This document shows, in pieces, positions 1 through 12,998 of a DNA stretch of 64,000 bases. The stretch's first letter is position 1; every line of letters starts with the position of its first letter. The notes beneath the pieces were generated by a model. It was not told the DNA's origin. It saw only the letters and a program-made list of their open reading frames with translations, and did not search any database. This DNA is from Candidatus Eiseniibacteriota bacterium (lineage in GTDB: Bacteria > Eisenbacteria > RBG-16-71-46). The position numbers were made by a program, and so were the translations under genes. The stretch is taken from positions 32,001 through 96,000 of the forward strand of contig JBGAML010000012.1 in NCBI GenBank assembly GCA_044223005.1, given 5' to 3'.

Positions 1-344
1 TCGCTTCACGCATGCGGCGCAGCATACCCGACGGCGCGGCATCGCGCGGGCGAGCACGGCCCGGACGCGCGCGCCGCGCGGGGCTCGCCGAGCGGCCACC
101 CGGCACCAGCCCGGGACGCCCGTGCGGGTACGACCGCGAGGACGCGTTTCGCGTCAGGACGCGACCGGCATTCGCAAAATCCCGCCGGCCTCGCGTATCC
201 GCGCTTGACCCTCCCGCGCCGGATGCGACCATGGAAGAGCTTCCAGCGGGCGAAGGACGGGCCGAGACCGGCCGCCAGGCCGCCCCGTCTCGTGTCGATC
301 ACGACGAGCCACCGCCACCGCCCACGCCTCGGGAGGAGGTCGTC

Positions 345-1178
345 ATGCCTCGGGTCCAGGCGAGGTTCTCCATCTTCTGGTTCAGCGTGCAGGCGCTGGG
401 CCAATACGCGCTGCTGCTGCTCGCGTTCCGCTTCCTGCTTCCGGGCACGTGGTCGCGCCAGTTCGCGGCCGGCTGGGTCGCGCTGCTGCTCTCGTTCCTC
501 GCCGTGCACCTCTTCGTCTGCTTCTTCGAATGGGGCTTCCACCGCTACGTCCTGCACTCGGCGGCGCTGCCGTTGCTGAGCCGGTTCGCGCGCGGACACC
601 GCAGTCATCACGGCCTGACGCCGATCCGCCTGCAGGCGGTCCCGGCGAGCGCCGACCGGTACGTGCTCAACCGCTACCCGATCGTCGAGGACGAGCAGAA
701 CGTGGACTCGGCGTTCCCGATCTACGCGATCGTCGCGTTCTGGGCGCTGTTCACGCCGCTGCTCGTCGGCGTCCAGTTCCTGCTGCCCCGCGTTCCGGTG
801 CTGATGGGCGGGTACGCGGCGATCACGTGGTCGATGTGCCTGTACGAGATCCTGCACGCGATCGAGCATCGGCCGTACGAATGGTGGAAGCACGCCACGG
901 AGCACCCGCGCCTCGGCGGCGTCTGGCGGCGGATCTACGGCTTCCACCACATGCATCACGCCAACATCTCGTGCAACGAGGCGATCTCGGGCTTCTTCTC
1001 GCTCCCGGTCGCCGACTGGGCGTTCGGCACGTACCACCAGCCGAAGGACCTTTTGCTCGAAGGTCACGTGGCCACGGCGAGAGACTTCACCGTTCCGCCG
1101 CCGCCGCGCTGGGTGCGCGCGCTGGACGCGTGGGCGCGCAAGCGCGATTCGGCGAGGCGTCGACAGACGAAGCACTGA
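345..1178 (+). CDS. Fatty acid hydroxylase/sterol desaturase superfamily membrane di-iron protein
   Basis: His boxes EWGFHRYVLH, HRSHH, YEILH and FHHMHH, plus hydrophobic helices. GGAGGAGG RBS before ATG 345; the ORF is open from 12. Confidence 0.75.
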   Translation: MPRVQARFSIFWFSVQALGQYALLLLAFRFLLPGTWSRQFAAGWVALLLSFLAVHLFVCFFEWGFHRYVLHSAALPLLSRFARGHRSHHGLTPIRLQAVPASADRYVLNRYPIVEDEQNVDSAFPIYAIVAFWALFTPLLVGVQFLLPRVPVLMGGYAAITWSMCLYEILHAIEHRPYEWWKHATEHPRLGGVWRRIYGFHHMHHANISCNEAISGFFSLPVADWAFGTYHQPKDLLLEGHVATARDFTVPPPPRWVRALDAWARKRDSARRRQTKH

Positions 1179-1226
1179 ACCGCCCGACCGGCGTTCGAGG
1201 CCGTCTCGCCGGGCGGCGCCGAACGC

Positions 1227-1436
1227 TCACGCGATGGCGGTGCGCGACACGGCGACGACGCTGGATTCGCGCGAGCCCACCTCGACCTCGAAGAGGTGCT
1301 CGAGGTGGCACGTGTGGCAGCGCGCGGTCAGGTGGAAGCTGCCGAGCCACGGCACGGGGGCGTCGTAGTCGGTGAACGGGCGGCCGCAGCGCGGGCACTC
1401 GACGCTCGCGATGCCATGGATTCCCGGGGTGCGCAT
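1227..1436 (-). CDS. Small (69 aa) putative Zn-ribbon protein
   Basis: MRTPGIHGIASVECPRCG...ARCHTCHLEH: two CxxC pairs. GGAG RBS 8 nt upstream of the ATG. It is the 3' end of the long antisense ORF 1227..10766. Confidence 0.55.
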   Translation of the reverse strand: MRTPGIHGIASVECPRCGRPFTDYDAPVPWLGSFHLTARCHTCHLEHLFEVEVGSRESSVVAVSRTAIA

Positions 1437-1781
1437 GAGGGCGACTCCGCTTTCGGCGTACGGGTGTGCGGCGCGCGGCAGGACGTGGGCGCCGATCGGG
1501 GGGAACGGGGCGGAGTACGTCGCCTCGACTCGAGGCGCGGCTCGCATCCCCTTCGGCGCCGGCGGAGCGTGGGACGAATGCTCCCGACGCCTCCTTGGAT
1601 GCGCGGCCAAATCGGCCGGTCCGCTCCGCGCGCGCGTTCGCGCCGCGAGCGGCACGCGAATACGCCGTGAAACGCCACATCGCGAGTTGTCAGGTCGGAA
1701 TTGACTGGTCACGCGCCCCGCCATGATCGATGTTGGGCGTGTCTGGAATTGGCGGATCGAGATGAGTCGCCGACACGAAGT

Positions 1782-1813
1782 GCCGCCCGAGGCATCTCGG
1801 GCGGCTTTTTCTT
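1782..1813 (+). terminator. Intrinsic terminator in the leader upstream of the glucan synthase
   Basis: GCCGCCCGAG-gcat-CTCGGGCGGC perfect 10-bp stem followed by TTTTTCTT. Confidence 0.7.
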
Positions 1814-1931
1814 CCCCCACCGCGCCCGCCCATCGCGCCGGACGGCGCGAGTCCCGACCGCCAGGATCGAATCGCCGAATCGATGTCGGTCGCGGAATCC
1901 CCGCGGCCCATTCCGGAAAGCCGGTGCTCCG

Positions 1932-4900
1932 TTGCGCCCCGCCCCTCGACCGCCGCCCCTCGTCGTCTCCGGACCGCCGGGCGGAGCACCGCCCGCGGCC
2001 GGGCTGGACGCGAGCCCACTCCACGGCGAGTTGCTCGGCGTCGAACGGCTCGAGGAACGCGCGCGCGCGCTCGCCGCCGAGTTCACGGTGAGCCGCGATC
2101 CGCGCCGTGTCCCGCCCCGGCTGCTCCGGCGGCTGGCCGATGACGCGCGCGTGCTGCGCATGGCGTACCGCACGCTCTCGGGGGACGTGCGCCGCGGCGA
2201 GCCGTGCACGCCCGCGGCCGAGTGGCTGCTCGACAACTTCCACCTGATCGAAGGCGAACTGCGCGAGATCCGCAGTCACGTTCCCTCGCGCTACTACCGC
2301 GAGCTGCCCAAGCTGGTCTCGCGCTCGCGTGCGGGCACCGCGCGCGTGTACGCGATGGCGGTCGAGCTGCTGCGCTACAGCGACGCGCGGCTCGACGCGC
2401 AGCGGCTCGACCGCTTCATGAACGCGTTCCAGTCCGTCGCACCGCTCGGGATCGGCGAACTGTGGGCGTGGCCGAGCATGCTCAAGCTCGCGCTGATCGA
2501 CCACCTGCGGCGCCTCTCGGAGGAACTGCTCGAGAGCCGCGCCGGCCGCCGCGACGCCGACCGCTACTTCGAGCTGTTCGAGAGCACGCGGCCCAACGGC
2601 CGTCCGCCCCCGGTCCCCGCCGTCCTGCCCGTGGCGTTCGTGGACCGGCTGCTGCTGCGCATGCGCGAATACGGCGCCGGCGCGTCGGAGCTGCGCAAGC
2701 AGCTCGAGGCGCGGCTCGAGGGCGTCGGGGCCACGGTCGAGGACGCCGTGCGCGCCGAGCACCAGCGGCGGGCGATGAACCACGTCTCCATGGGCAACTC
2801 GATCACGAGCCTGCGGCTCTGCGCCACGCTCGACTGGAACGAGTACGTGGAGAACGCGAGCCTCGTCGAACAGGTGCTGCGACGGGATCCGGCGGGCATC
2901 TACGCGCGCATGGATTTCGCGAGTCGCGACCGCTACCGGCACGCCGTCGAGGCGATGGCGGAGCCGACCGGCGAAGCGCAGGTGCGCGTCGCCCTGCGCG
3001 CGGTCGAGAGTGCGCGCCAGGCCGCCGAGGCGCCGGGCGCCGACCCGCGCCGCACGCACGTGGGCTACCACCTGATCGGCGGCGGCCGCCGGGAGTTCGA
3101 GATCGACGTCGCCAGCCGCCGGCCGCCGCGGGTCCGCTTCCAGCGGGCCCTGCACGCGCACGCGACACTCTTCTACCTGGGCTCGATCGCGCTCCTCACG
3201 GCGATCGGCACGGCCGCGGCCGTGGCCGTGGTGCGCGCCGCCGCGGCCCCGCGCTGGATGGGGATCGCGGCCGCGGCGATCGCGCTGATCCCGGCGAGCG
3301 AGTTCGCCGTCTCGCTCGTGAACCGCATCGTGCACCGGATCACGGCGCCGGTGCCGCTGCCGCGGCTCGACCTGCGTGGCGGCGTGCCCGACGAGGCGCG
3401 CACGATGGTGATCGTGCCGACGCTGATCGCGTCGGTCGACGGCGTGCGCACGCTGCTCGAGCACCTGGAGGTGCACGCGCTGGGAAACCGCGACGCGAAC
3501 GTGCACTTCGCGCTGTTGACCGATTTCCCCGACGCGCTGCAGGAACACCGTCCGGGCGAGGACCTCGTCCTGGCGGCCGCGGTCGCGGGCATCGAGGCGC
3601 TCAACGCCCGCTACGCGCCGGGCACGAACGATCGCTTCCACCTCTTCCATCGCGCGCGCCAGTGGAACGGCAGCGAGGGCGTCTGGATGGGATGGGAGCG
3701 CAAGCGCGGCAAGATCGAGGAGTTCAACCGGCTGCTGCGCGGCGCGACCGACACCGGCTTCGTGGTGCGCGTCGGCGACCCCTCCATCCTGCCCGGCGTG
3801 CGCTACTGCCTCACGCTCGACAGTGACACGCGCCTGCCGCGCGACGCCGCCCGGCGCCTGATCGGCGTGATCGAGCACCCGCTCAATCGCCCGCGGTTCG
3901 ATCCGCGGCTCGGCCGCGTGGTCGAGGGCTACGGCATCCTGCAGCCGCGCGTCAGCGTGACCATGGCGAGCGCGGCGGGCTCGCTGTTCGCGCGCGCCTA
4001 CTCGGGGCACACGGGCATCGACCCGTACTCGACGACCGTGTCCGACACGTACCAGGACCTTTTCGGCGAAGGCAGCTTCAGCGGCAAGGGCCTCTACGAC
4101 GTGGACGCGTTCCAGGCCTCGCTCGAGGACCGCGTCCCCGAGAACGCGCTGCTGTCCCACGACCTCTTCGAGGGACTCTACGCGCGCTGCGCGCTCGTCT
4201 CCGACGTGGAGGTCGTGGACGACTTCCCGTCGAGCGTGCTCGCGCACGCGCGCCGCCAGCACCGCTGGGTGCGGGGCGACTGGCAGGTCCTCTTCTGCCT
4301 CCTGCCCGTGATGCCCACGCGGCACGGCCTCGAGCGCACGCGCCTGCCGCTCATCAGCCGCTGGAAGGTGCTCGACAACCTGCGCCGCAGCCTGCTCGCG
4401 CCCGCGATGCTCGCGCTGCTCGTCGCCGCGTGGACCTGGCTCCCCGGCTCGCCACTCGGCTGGACGCTGGCCGCGCTCGCGGTGTTCGGCTTCCCGCTGC
4501 TGCCGGCGCTCGTGCACCTCGCGGGCGGCCCGGGCCCGCAGCAGCCGCTGGCGGTCTTCCTGCACGACGTGCAGGAAGAGCTGCAGTCCGCCGCCGCGCA
4601 GGTGCTGCTGCAGGTCACGCTGCTCGCCTACCACGCCTACGAGATGGTGCACGCGATCGCGCTGACGCTGATCCGCACCGTGATCACGCAGCGCCGGCTG
4701 CTCGAGTGGGAGACCGCGGCGGCGGGCGCCGCCCGTGCCGCCGGGCTGCTGGCCCGCCACGGCTCGCGCGTCTTCGCCGTGGAGATGTGGGCCGGACCGG
4801 CCGCGGCGCTCGTCGTGCTGGCCGGCATGCTGCCCGCGGGCCGAAACGCGCTTCCCGTGGCGCTGCCCTTCCTGCTCGCCTGGCTCGTCTCGCCGCTCGT

Positions 4901-7900
4901 CGCGTGGTGGCTCAGCCGGCCGGTCGTCCCGCGCCGGCTCGTCCCGGGAGCCGCGGACGTGCAGCAGCTGCGCCGCATCGCGCGCCGCACGTGGCACTAC
5001 TTCGAGTGCTTCGCGTCGGAGGACGAGCACGGCCTGCCCCCGGACAACGTGCAGGAGGACGGCGAGCCGCGGATCGCGCACCGCACCTCGCCGACCAACA
5101 TCGGCATGGGCCTGCTTTCCACGCTGGCGGCGCACGATCTCGGCTACCTGGACAGCGCCGCGCTCGCCACGCGGGTGGAGCGCACGCTGGGCACGGTCGA
5201 GCGGCTCGAGCGGCACGCGGGGCACCTGCTCAACTGGTACGACAGCCGCACGCTCGCGCCGCTCTCCCCGCGCTACGTCTCGACGGTGGACAGTGGCAAC
5301 CTGGCCGGCGCCCTGATGGCGCTCGCCGCCGGCCTGCGCGAGAAGGCGACGGCGGTCGAGGACGGCGTCGCGCTCTGCGCGGGCGCGATCGACACCGCGG
5401 CGGTGCTGGGTGACGTGGTGTCGGCGCTCGCGCGCGGCGGGCACGTGAACAGCACGCGGCGCCGGTTCGCCGCGGCCGCGAAGCGCGACCTCGACGCCCT
5501 GCGCGCGCGCCTCGCCGAGGACGCCCCGGTGCGCTACCGGCTCGAGATCGCGCGGCAGGATGCGATCGCCCTGCGGCCCGGCCTCGCGGCCGCGATGGCG
5601 TCGGCGTCGGAGTCCGACGCGGATGCGGTCGACGAGTGGGCGCGACGGCTCGACGCCGCGCTCGCCGGCACGCCGGATTCCGTGGCGCCCTCGGACGAAC
5701 TCCGCGACCACCTGCTCGACCTCGCGCGCCGCTGCGACACACTCGCCGACGGCATGGAGTGGAAGTTCCTCTACGACGTCTCGCGCGGCCTCTTCTCGAT
5801 CGGCTGGCGGCCGCCCGACGCCGAGGGCCCGGGGCGGGTCGACACGTCGTACTACGACCTGCTCGCCTCCGAGGCGCGGCTCGCGAGCTTCATCGCGATC
5901 GCGCGCGACGAAGTGCCGCAGGAGCACTGGTTCCGGCTCTCGCGCGCGCTCGTGCGGGTCGAGGGCTGCACCACGCTGGTCTCGTGGAGCGGCTCGATGT
6001 TCGAGTACCTGATGCCGCTGCTGCTGCTGCGCAGCCATCCGGAGACGCTGCTCGAAAACGCCTGCCGCGCGCTCGTGCGCGCGCAGGTCCGCTACGGCCG
6101 CCGGCACGGCGTGCCATGGGGCATCTCGGAATCCGCGTACGACGTGCAGGACGTGCACGGCACCTACCAGTACCGCGCGTTCGGGCTCCCGGGTGCGGGA
6201 CTCAAGCGCGGGCTCGCCGAGGATCTCGTGATCGCGCCGTACGCCACCGCGCTCGCCGCGGTGGTGGACCCGGTCGCGGCGGCGGCCAACTTCCGCCGCA
6301 TCGCGCGCGAGCACGCGATCGGCCCGCACGGGTTCCTCGAGGCGCTCGACTACACGCCGCGTCGCACCGCCGGCCCCGACGGTGGAACGGTGCCGGATCC
6401 GCGGCGGCTGCATCCGGTGCGGGCCTGCTTCGCGCACCACCAGGGCATGAGCCTGCTCGCGCTCGCGAGCGCCGTGCTCGGCGCCCCGATGGTGCGGCGG
6501 TTCCATTCCGATCCCCGCGTGCAGGCGACCGAGCCGCTCCTGCAGGAGCGCGTGCCGCACCACGTGCCCGTCGTGCGCGCGCGCCCGCCCGAGACCACGC
6601 GGGCCGAGCCGGTGACCGACGAGGTCACGCCGCGGCGGTACCGCTCGCCCCACACCCGCTATCCCGCCACGCACTTCCTCTCGAACGGGCGCTACACGGC
6701 CGCGGTCACCCACGCGGGCGGCGGCGCCAGCACGTGGCGCGGCCTCGCGGTCACGCGGCAGCGCGAGGACGCCACGACGGATCCGGGCAGCCAGTTCGTG
6801 TACCTGCGCGACGTGCGCAGCGGTCTCGTGTGGTCCGCGGCGCACCATCCGGTCGGCCGCGAGGCCGAGCGCTACCGCGTGGTGTTCGAAGCCGACCAGG
6901 CGCTGTTCGAACGCACCGATGACGGCATCGAGACGCGGATGGAGATCGTCGTCTCGCCCGAGGACGACGTCGAGATCCGCCGCGTCACCCTGGTCAATCG
7001 CGGCGACCGGCTGCGCGAGATCGAGGTCACGAGCTTCGTCGAGATCGTACTCGCGCCGCCCGCCGACGACCTGGCCCACCCGGCGTTCCACAAGCTCTTC
7101 CTCGAGACCGAGTACCTGCCCGAATGCACGGCGCTGCTCTGCGGCCGCCGCCCGCGTTCGTCCGACGACGTGACGCCGTGGGCCGTGCACGTGATCAGCA
7201 CCGAGGACGGCGCGCACGGTGCGATCGAGTGGGAAACGGACCGGGCGCGCTTCGTGGGCCGCGGCCGCACGGCGGAGGATCCGCAGTCGCTCGACGGCCG
7301 CGCGCTCTCCGGGACCCACGGGGCCGTGCTCGATCCCATCCTGAGCCTGCGCCGCCGCGTGCGCATCGCCCCGGGCGAGCGCGCACGGCTGGCGTTCGCG
7401 ACCGGGGCCGCCGGCTCGCGCGAGGCCGCGCTCGCGCTCGCCGAGAAATACGACGACTCCTCGGCCGCCGCGCGCACGTTCGCGCTCGCGAGCAGCCAGA
7501 CCAGCATGCGGCTGCGCCACCTCGGCATCTCGTCGGCCGAGGCGCAGCTCCACGAGCGGCTCGCCTCGCACGTCCTGGGAACCGACGGCGCCCTGCGCGC
7601 GGACGCCTCGGTCCTCGCCGCCAACACGCTCGGCCAGCCGGGGCTCTGGGCGCTCGGCGTTTCGGGCGACCTGCCGATCCTGGTCGTGCGCACCGTCAAG
7701 AGCGAGGACGCCGAACTGACGCTGCAGGTGCTGCGCGCGCAGGAGTACTGGCGGCTGCAGGGCCTCCGCGCGGACGTGGTGATCCTGAACGACCACGTCG
7801 AGAGCTACCTCGACGAAATGCACGAGCAGCTCGAGGCGCTGCTCGAGCAGGGACCGTGGGCCGCGTGGAAGCACCGCCCCGGGGGCGTGTTCCTGTTGCG

Positions 7901-10613
7901 CGGCGGTTCCGTCGCCGGCGCCGAGCGCACGGTACTGCTCGCCTCGGCGCGCGCCGTGCTGGACGGCGAGGCGGGCGACCTCGCGAGCCAGCTCGCAAGG
8001 CCCTACCCCGAGCCGGAGTGGCCCGTGGCGGTTCCCGATCACATCGGGGTCGGCAGTGCGGCCACGCGCGATCTCGGGCGCGACGTCGCGGTGCCGGAGC
8101 TGACGCACCCGAACGGGTTCGGCGGGTTCGGCGCCAGCGGCCGCGAGTACGTCGTCGTACTGCGGGGCGACGCCGATACGCCGCTGCCATGGGTCAACGT
8201 GATCGCGAACGACCGGTTCGGCACCGTGCTCGGTTCGACCGGCGCCGCGTGGACGTGGGCCGAAAACAGCCGCGAAAACCGGTTGACGCCGTTCGGCAAC
8301 GATCCCGTCGGCGAGTTCAGTGGCGAGGCCGTCTACCTGCGCGACGAGGACCTGGGCGAGACGTGGGGCGCCACGGCGGGCCCGCTCCCGCGCACGCACG
8401 CGAGCGGCCTCTGGGTCACGCGGCACGGCGCCGGCATCACCACGTACCGGCACCGCGCGCACGGCGTGACCAGCGAGATGGCCGTGTTCGTGCACGCCCG
8501 CGAACCCGTGCGCCTTTCGCGGCTCACGCTCACCAACCACACCTCGATCGCGCGCCGGCTCAGCGTGTTCGCGTACCACGAATGGGCGCTCGGCCCGCCG
8601 CGCGAGGGCGAGCAGCGCTTCGTGGTCACCGAGCGCGATCCGGAGACGGGCACGATCCTCGCGCTCAATCCCCACAACGTCGCCTTCGCGCCGCGCGTGG
8701 CGTTCGCGGGCAGCAGCGTGCGCGCCGCGTCGGCGACCGGTGACCGGCTCGAGTTCCTCGGGCGGAACGGCTCGCTGCGACGCCCGGCCGCACTCGGCCG
8801 CGTGGAGCTCGGCGGCCGGTTCGGCGCGGGGCTCGATCCCTGCGCGGCGATGCAGGTGCGCGTGGATCTCGAGCCGGGCGAGACCCGCGAGATCGTGCTG
8901 CTGCTCGGCCAGGGCGACGATCGCGCGCACGCGCTGGAACTCGTGCGGCGTTTCGCGGCCACGCCCGCCGCCGCGACGGCGCAGGGCGAGATCGAAGGGC
9001 AGTGGGACGAGCTGCTCGGCACCGTGCAGGTCGAAACCCCGGACGACTCGTTCGACCTGATCATGAACCGCTGGCTGCTCTACCAGGCGGTCAGCTCGCG
9101 GCTGTGGGGCCGCACCGGCTTCTTCCAACCGGGCGGCGCGTACGGTTTCCGTGACCAGCTTCAGGATGTGCTCGCGCTCGGGCTCGCGCGGCCCGACCTG
9201 CTGCGCGAACACCTGCTGCGGTGCGCCGCGCGGCAGTTCGTCCAAGGCGACGTGCAGCACTGGTGGCTCCCGCACACGGGCGCCGGCGTGCGCACGCGCT
9301 GTTCGGACGACCTGCTCTGGCTGCCCTATGCGGTCGCGCACTACGTCCGGACGTCGGGCGACGTCGCGGCGCTCGACGTGACGGTGCCGTTCCTGGAGGC
9401 GCCGGTCCTCGCGACGGGCGAACGGGAAGCGTTCGGTTCGCCGGACGTCTCTTCGCAGCGCGGCACGTTGTACGAGCACTGCGTCCGAGCCCTCGAGCAC
9501 GGGCTGAACGTGGGCGCGCACGGCCTGCCGCTGATCGGAACGGGCGACTGGAACGACGGCATGAACGCCGTCGGGCAGCGCGGGCTCGGCGAGAGCGTGT
9601 GGCTGGGCTGGTTCGTCGCGCAACTGCTCGGCGAGTTCGCGACGATCGCCGAGACCCGCGGAGACGACGCCCGCGCCGCGCGCTGGCGCAGCGAGCGCGG
9701 GCGGCTCGCGGAGATGCTCGAGCAGGCGTGGGACGGCGACTGGTACCGCCGTGCGTACACCGACGAAGGCACGCCGCTCGGCTCGGCGCAGCTCGCCGAG
9801 TGCCGGATCGATTCGATCGCGCAGAGCTGGGCCGTGCTCTCGGGCGTGGCTCCGGCCGCGCGCGCCGAGCGCGCGATGGACGCCGTGCGCATGCAGCTCG
9901 TCCGGCGCGATCCCGGCGTGATCCTGCTGCTCACGCCGCCCTTCGACCAGTCCGCGCTGGATCCGGGCTACATCCGCGGCTACCTGCCCGGCGTTCGCGA
10001 GAACGGCGGCCAGTACACGCACGCCGCGCTTTGGACCGTGATGGCGATCGCGCAACTCGGCGACGGCGACGAAGCGGTCGAGATGTTCCACATGCTCAAC
10101 CCGATCAACCACACGCGCACGCCGGCCGACGTGGACCGCTACCGCGCCGAGCCGTTCGTGATCGCGGCCGACGTCTACACGCGCGCGCCGCACGCCGGGC
10201 GCGGTGGCTGGACCTGGTACACGGGCTCGGCCGCGTGGATGTACCGGCTCGGGCTCGAATCGATCCTCGGGCTGCACCTGCGCGCACCGCACTTCGCGAT
10301 GGATCCGTGCATCCCCGCGGCGTGGGACGGATTCCGCGTGGACTGGAACCACGGCGGCTGCCGCTACCTGATCGAGGTCCGAAACCCCGAGCGCCGCAAC
10401 CGCGGCGTGGCAACCGCGCTCCTGGACGGCGTCGCCGTACCCTCGGGCGCGATCCCGCTCGCGAGCGACGGCGGCGAGCACCGGGTCGTCGTGACGCTGG
10501 GCGAGCCGCGCGGCGACACGGGCGGTCCGACCGCCGACGCCGATGCCCTGAGCGCCGAGCCGGCGCGCGACTCCGTCGGGCGACGAGTGCTGCCGCGACG
10601 CCATCGGGGGTGA
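1932..10613 (+). CDS. ndvB: Cyclic beta-1,2-glucan synthase (Cgs/NdvB/ChvB; GT84 glycosyltransferase + cyclisation region + GH94 phosphorylase)
   Basis: ~2900 aa with [34 protein letters not shown] block, [43 protein letters not shown] and WYTGSA motifs. The start is uncertain: the ORF is open from TTG 1701, and TTG 1932 was chosen for the upstream GGAAAG. Confidence 0.92.
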   Translation: MRPAPRPPPLVVSGPPGGAPPAAGLDASPLHGELLGVERLEERARALAAEFTVSRDPRRVPPRLLRRLADDARVLRMAYRTLSGDVRRGEPCTPAAEWLLDNFHLIEGELREIRSHVPSRYYRELPKLVSRSRAGTARVYAMAVELLRYSDARLDAQRLDRFMNAFQSVAPLGIGELWAWPSMLKLALIDHLRRLSEELLESRAGRRDADRYFELFESTRPNGRPPPVPAVLPVAFVDRLLLRMREYGAGASELRKQLEARLEGVGATVEDAVRAEHQRRAMNHVSMGNSITSLRLCATLDWNEYVENASLVEQVLRRDPAGIYARMDFASRDRYRHAVEAMAEPTGEAQVRVALRAVESARQAAEAPGADPRRTHVGYHLIGGGRREFEIDVASRRPPRVRFQRALHAHATLFYLGSIALLTAIGTAAAVAVVRAAAAPRWMGIAAAAIALIPASEFAVSLVNRIVHRITAPVPLPRLDLRGGVPDEARTMVIVPTLIASVDGVRTLLEHLEVHALGNRDANVHFALLTDFPDALQEHRPGEDLVLAAAVAGIEALNARYAPGTNDRFHLFHRARQWNGSEGVWMGWERKRGKIEEFNRLLRGATDTGFVVRVGDPSILPGVRYCLTLDSDTRLPRDAARRLIGVIEHPLNRPRFDPRLGRVVEGYGILQPRVSVTMASAAGSLFARAYSGHTGIDPYSTTVSDTYQDLFGEGSFSGKGLYDVDAFQASLEDRVPENALLSHDLFEGLYARCALVSDVEVVDDFPSSVLAHARRQHRWVRGDWQVLFCLLPVMPTRHGLERTRLPLISRWKVLDNLRRSLLAPAMLALLVAAWTWLPGSPLGWTLAALAVFGFPLLPALVHLAGGPGPQQPLAVFLHDVQEELQSAAAQVLLQVTLLAYHAYEMVHAIALTLIRTVITQRRLLEWETAAAGAARAAGLLARHGSRVFAVEMWAGPAAALVVLAGMLPAGRNALPVALPFLLAWLVSPLVAWWLSRPVVPRRLVPGAADVQQLRRIARRTWHYFECFASEDEHGLPPDNVQEDGEPRIAHRTSPTNIGMGLLSTLAAHDLGYLDSAALATRVERTLGTVERLERHAGHLLNWYDSRTLAPLSPRYVSTVDSGNLAGALMALAAGLREKATAVEDGVALCAGAIDTAAVLGDVVSALARGGHVNSTRRRFAAAAKRDLDALRARLAEDAPVRYRLEIARQDAIALRPGLAAAMASASESDADAVDEWARRLDAALAGTPDSVAPSDELRDHLLDLARRCDTLADGMEWKFLYDVSRGLFSIGWRPPDAEGPGRVDTSYYDLLASEARLASFIAIARDEVPQEHWFRLSRALVRVEGCTTLVSWSGSMFEYLMPLLLLRSHPETLLENACRALVRAQVRYGRRHGVPWGISESAYDVQDVHGTYQYRAFGLPGAGLKRGLAEDLVIAPYATALAAVVDPVAAAANFRRIAREHAIGPHGFLEALDYTPRRTAGPDGGTVPDPRRLHPVRACFAHHQGMSLLALASAVLGAPMVRRFHSDPRVQATEPLLQERVPHHVPVVRARPPETTRAEPVTDEVTPRRYRSPHTRYPATHFLSNGRYTAAVTHAGGGASTWRGLAVTRQREDATTDPGSQFVYLRDVRSGLVWSAAHHPVGREAERYRVVFEADQALFERTDDGIETRMEIVVSPEDDVEIRRVTLVNRGDRLREIEVTSFVEIVLAPPADDLAHPAFHKLFLETEYLPECTALLCGRRPRSSDDVTPWAVHVISTEDGAHGAIEWETDRARFVGRGRTAEDPQSLDGRALSGTHGAVLDPILSLRRRVRIAPGERARLAFATGAAGSREAALALAEKYDDSSAAARTFALASSQTSMRLRHLGISSAEAQLHERLASHVLGTDGALRADASVLAANTLGQPGLWALGVSGDLPILVVRTVKSEDAELTLQVLRAQEYWRLQGLRADVVILNDHVESYLDEMHEQLEALLEQGPWAAWKHRPGGVFLLRGGSVAGAERTVLLASARAVLDGEAGDLASQLARPYPEPEWPVAVPDHIGVGSAATRDLGRDVAVPELTHPNGFGGFGASGREYVVVLRGDADTPLPWVNVIANDRFGTVLGSTGAAWTWAENSRENRLTPFGNDPVGEFSGEAVYLRDEDLGETWGATAGPLPRTHASGLWVTRHGAGITTYRHRAHGVTSEMAVFVHAREPVRLSRLTLTNHTSIARRLSVFAYHEWALGPPREGEQRFVVTERDPETGTILALNPHNVAFAPRVAFAGSSVRAASATGDRLEFLGRNGSLRRPAALGRVELGGRFGAGLDPCAAMQVRVDLEPGETREIVLLLGQGDDRAHALELVRRFAATPAAATAQGEIEGQWDELLGTVQVETPDDSFDLIMNRWLLYQAVSSRLWGRTGFFQPGGAYGFRDQLQDVLALGLARPDLLREHLLRCAARQFVQGDVQHWWLPHTGAGVRTRCSDDLLWLPYAVAHYVRTSGDVAALDVTVPFLEAPVLATGEREAFGSPDVSSQRGTLYEHCVRALEHGLNVGAHGLPLIGTGDWNDGMNAVGQRGLGESVWLGWFVAQLLGEFATIAETRGDDARAARWRSERGRLAEMLEQAWDGDWYRRAYTDEGTPLGSAQLAECRIDSIAQSWAVLSGVAPAARAERAMDAVRMQLVRRDPGVILLLTPPFDQSALDPGYIRGYLPGVRENGGQYTHAALWTVMAIAQLGDGDEAVEMFHMLNPINHTRTPADVDRYRAEPFVIAADVYTRAPHAGRGGWTWYTGSAAWMYRLGLESILGLHLRAPHFAMDPCIPAAWDGFRVDWNHGGCRYLIEVRNPERRNRGVATALLDGVAVPSGAIPLASDGGEHRVVVTLGEPRGDTGGPTADADALSAEPARDSVGRRVLPRRHRG

Positions 10614-10832
10614 TGCGGGCTTCCGCGCCGGCCGGGTGGAGGGCCCTCGTGCGCTCCGGGTGCGCCCGGAGCGCCGCGGCTCGACGACGTTCTCTCGGAG
10701 CTCGCGCGGGTGCCGTACGCGCAGCGGACCGCGTTGCACCCGCACCCCCGGACGCCCCGCCGCCATCGAACGATCGGCACAGGCGGGCGTCTCGACCGCT
10801 CCGTGCCGGATCCGTGCCGGAGCCGGTCCGCG

Positions 10833-12998
10833 TCAGGGCATCGGCTTCTTCGGCGCCCGGTATGGGATTCCCAGCTGCGTGAAGATGAACGCGTAGATGT
10901 CCGCGACGCGCTCGTTGCGCGCGTTGAGCGGCACGCCGATGTGGCCCGTGGTCATGCTGGTGCGCAGCAGCACCGGCTTCCTGGTGCCGCTCGCCTGCAG
11001 CGCGGCGGCGAACTTGAACGAGTTGCCCGGCGCGACGCGCGGATCGTTGACTCCCGTCGTGAGCAGGATCGCGGGGTACGGCGTGCCGGGCCGCACGTGC
11101 TGGTACGGCGAGTACTCGAGCAGCGCCGCGGCCTGGACGCTGTCGCGCATCGAGCCGTACTCGGTGGTGTTGTAGAGGCCGTTCGGCGTCGCCTCGGAGA
11201 GCATCATGTCGTAGACGCCGACTTCGGAGATCACGACCGAGAAGAGCTCGGGGTGCTGCGTCAGCGAGGCGCCCATCAGCAGGCCGCCGTTGCTGCCGCC
11301 CTGGATCACGAGCCGCTCCTTCGACGTGATCTTCTGCTCGACGAGCGCCCGCGCGCACGCGGCGAAGTCGTCGAACACGTTCTGCTTGCGCACCAGCTTG
11401 CCCGCCTGGTGCCACGCGTCGCCGTACTCGCTGCCGCCCCGGATGTTCGCCACCACGTAGGCGCCGCCCTGTTCCAGCCACAGCAGCCGCGAGGCGTTGA
11501 AGTTGGGCGACTCGCTGATCGCGTAGCCACCGTAGCCGTAGAGCAGTGCGGGCGCCGTGCCGTCGGCGGCGAAGCCCTTCTTCACGAGCACGTTCATCGG
11601 GACCTTCGTCCCGTCGGCGGACGTCGCGAACAGGCGCCGCACCTCGATGTCCGAGAAGTCGGCGTTCGAGCGCATGGCGAGCGGCGTCGGCGTGAACGCG
11701 TTCGCCGCCGCGTCCCAGCGCACCCAGCGCTCGGGCTGCGTGTAGCTCTCGAGTGAGACGGCGAACGCGTCTCCGCCCAGCGCGACGAATCCGGACAGGG
11801 AACTGAGCGGCGGCACCGGCAGCTCGCCCAGCGGCTTGCCGTCCGTGCCGAAGCGGCGCGCGCCCATGGGGCCACCGAGCTGGTCGAACACGCAGAGCAC
11901 GTTCCCGGCCAGGTGCAGATCCTCGATCGCGCGATCGCTCGCGGGCACCACGACCGTGGCGTGCGCGAGATCGGGCTGCGCGAGCGGCACGCGCAGCACC
12001 TCGCCGCTCGGGTTCCGCTTGCGTGAGAGCAGGTACAGCGCGTCGAACCCGAACCGCGCGGCCGCGACACCGTCGGTGAACGAGGCGAACGGCCGGATCG
12101 CGCCGTCCTCGCCACGCAGCCACCAGCCCACCTGTCCCCCGTCGCCGTTGCGAACCGCGACCAGCATCCACTCGCCGTCGTCGGAGGACTCGAACGTGAT
12201 CTCGGCGATGGACGGCAGCTCCATCCCCATCACGTACGTGTCCTTCTCGAGCGGCTGCCCGAGTTCGTGGAACCAGACGTGCTGGAAGAAGTCGAGCGAG
12301 TCGGCCGGCGCCTCGCCCGGCGCGGGATAGCGCGTATACCAGACGCCGGTGCCGTCGGGCGTCCACGCCACGTCGCCGCCCGCGGTACCGCCGTTGACGC
12401 GCGGCAGCGTGTCCGGCAGCGCCTGGCCCGTGAGCGTTTCGTAGAAGTGCACCGTGCCCGACTCCGTGCCGCCCTTCGACAGCGACACCGCCAGGTGCCG
12501 GCCGTCGACGGACGGCTCGAAGAAGTCGATCGACGTCGCACCCGTGGAATCGATCGCGTTGGGATCCACGACCACGCGCTCGCTCGCGAGGTCGTCGATC
12601 GCGCCCAGCGCGACGATCATCGGCTGGTTACGGGGCGGCTGGTCCTTGAGTGCGAAGATCGTCGCACCGCGGCGCACCAGCTTGAAGTAGTGCGGCGCCA
12701 CGTCCTCGGAGAGCTCCGCCACGCGATCGCGGATCGCGGTCCGCGACGGGATGCGGTCGAGCACGCCGCGCGTGTAGGCGTTCTGGCCGTTCACCCACGA
12801 CTTCACCGCCGGATCCGCCCAGTTCTCGAGCCAGCCGTAGTCGTCCTTCAGCGTCTGGCCGTAGAGAATCCCCGTGACCGGCTTCTTCGCCGCGACGGGC
12901 GGCTTCGCGACGGGCGCGACGGGTGCGGCGAACGAGGCTCCGGTCGCGCCGAGGGCGACCGCGAGGGCGAACAGGGCGACACGGACGGAGCGGAACAT
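10833..12998 (-). CDS. Prolyl oligopeptidase (S9A), secreted
   Basis: Signal peptide, DDYGWLE, YGYGGY, NIRGGSEYG, catalytic GGSNGG, NDPRV and TGH. Confidence 0.93.
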   Translation of the reverse strand: MFRSVRVALFALAVALGATGASFAAPVAPVAKPPVAAKKPVTGILYGQTLKDDYGWLENWADPAVKSWVNGQNAYTRGVLDRIPSRTAIRDRVAELSEDVAPHYFKLVRRGATIFALKDQPPRNQPMIVALGAIDDLASERVVVDPNAIDSTGATSIDFFEPSVDGRHLAVSLSKGGTESGTVHFYETLTGQALPDTLPRVNGGTAGGDVAWTPDGTGVWYTRYPAPGEAPADSLDFFQHVWFHELGQPLEKDTYVMGMELPSIAEITFESSDDGEWMLVAVRNGDGGQVGWWLRGEDGAIRPFASFTDGVAAARFGFDALYLLSRKRNPSGEVLRVPLAQPDLAHATVVVPASDRAIEDLHLAGNVLCVFDQLGGPMGARRFGTDGKPLGELPVPPLSSLSGFVALGGDAFAVSLESYTQPERWVRWDAAANAFTPTPLAMRSNADFSDIEVRRLFATSADGTKVPMNVLVKKGFAADGTAPALLYGYGGYAISESPNFNASRLLWLEQGGAYVVANIRGGSEYGDAWHQAGKLVRKQNVFDDFAACARALVEQKITSKERLVIQGGSNGGLLMGASLTQHPELFSVVISEVGVYDMMLSEATPNGLYNTTEYGSMRDSVQAAALLEYSPYQHVRPGTPYPAILLTTGVNDPRVAPGNSFKFAAALQASGTRKPVLLRTSMTTGHIGVPLNARNERVADIYAFIFTQLGIPYRAPKKPMP

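Noticed and set aside
1227..10766. 3179-aa minus-strand ORF
   Set aside because: It is an antisense shadow of the glucan synthase caused by GC-rich codon bias (Arg/Ala/Gly-rich, no motifs). Only its last 69 codons look real.
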